A model generated the notes under the pieces. That model had not been told where the DNA came from and searched no databases. It saw only the letters and a list, made by a program, of their open reading frames with translations. Made by a program: the position numbers and the translations under genes. From the NCBI GenBank assembly GCA_973895155.1, contig OZ316898.1:7241079-7305078 (forward strand): a stretch of 64,000 nucleotides of DNA. Direction: 5' to 3'. This document shows positions 63,881 through 64,000 of the stretch, piece by piece (position 1 is the first letter of the stretch; each line of letters begins with the position of its first letter). The DNA comes from Marsupella aquatica. Taxonomy: Eukaryota; Plantae; Marchantiophyta.

Positions 63881-64000
63881 TCTAACTTGCATTCGTTTCT
63901 CAATTTCCTAGTCAACACAAGAAAGCCCTATAATAATACGTTTCATTCATTTCGAATTCCTTGTCCTCCTGTCAGGTGAGTGTCTGCTTTTGCGGTACCA

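Overview
Intron-rich eukaryotic DNA from a land plant, most likely a non-seed lineage because it has a P5B ATPase. The left end holds two divergent host genes: STAY-GREEN (minus, 371-2873) and a 19-exon P5B-type ATPase (plus, about 6483-18355). Most of the rest is nested transposon material: MITEs, very degenerate Ty3/gypsy relics (about 21.9-28.9 kb), and a decayed CRE-like non-LTR retrotransposon with RT and a restriction-like endonuclease. That retrotransposon is split by a full-length 15,435-bp CACTA element (34297-49731, 14-bp TIRs, ACA target-site duplication). The most interesting signal is inside the CACTA. Upstream of its transposase is a co-oriented array of cargo ORFs: an orphan ORF, an intact stand-alone EDM2-type composite PHD-finger protein, a tandem-BRCT protein and an F-box protein. 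This could be a transposon-encoded chromatin-reader/repair/ubiquitin toolkit, possibly for anti-silencing; that function is inference. The right end has a ~185-bp tandem array, an LTR remnant and the probable first exons of an unidentified gene. All gene models and domain calls were made by eye, with no database searches.
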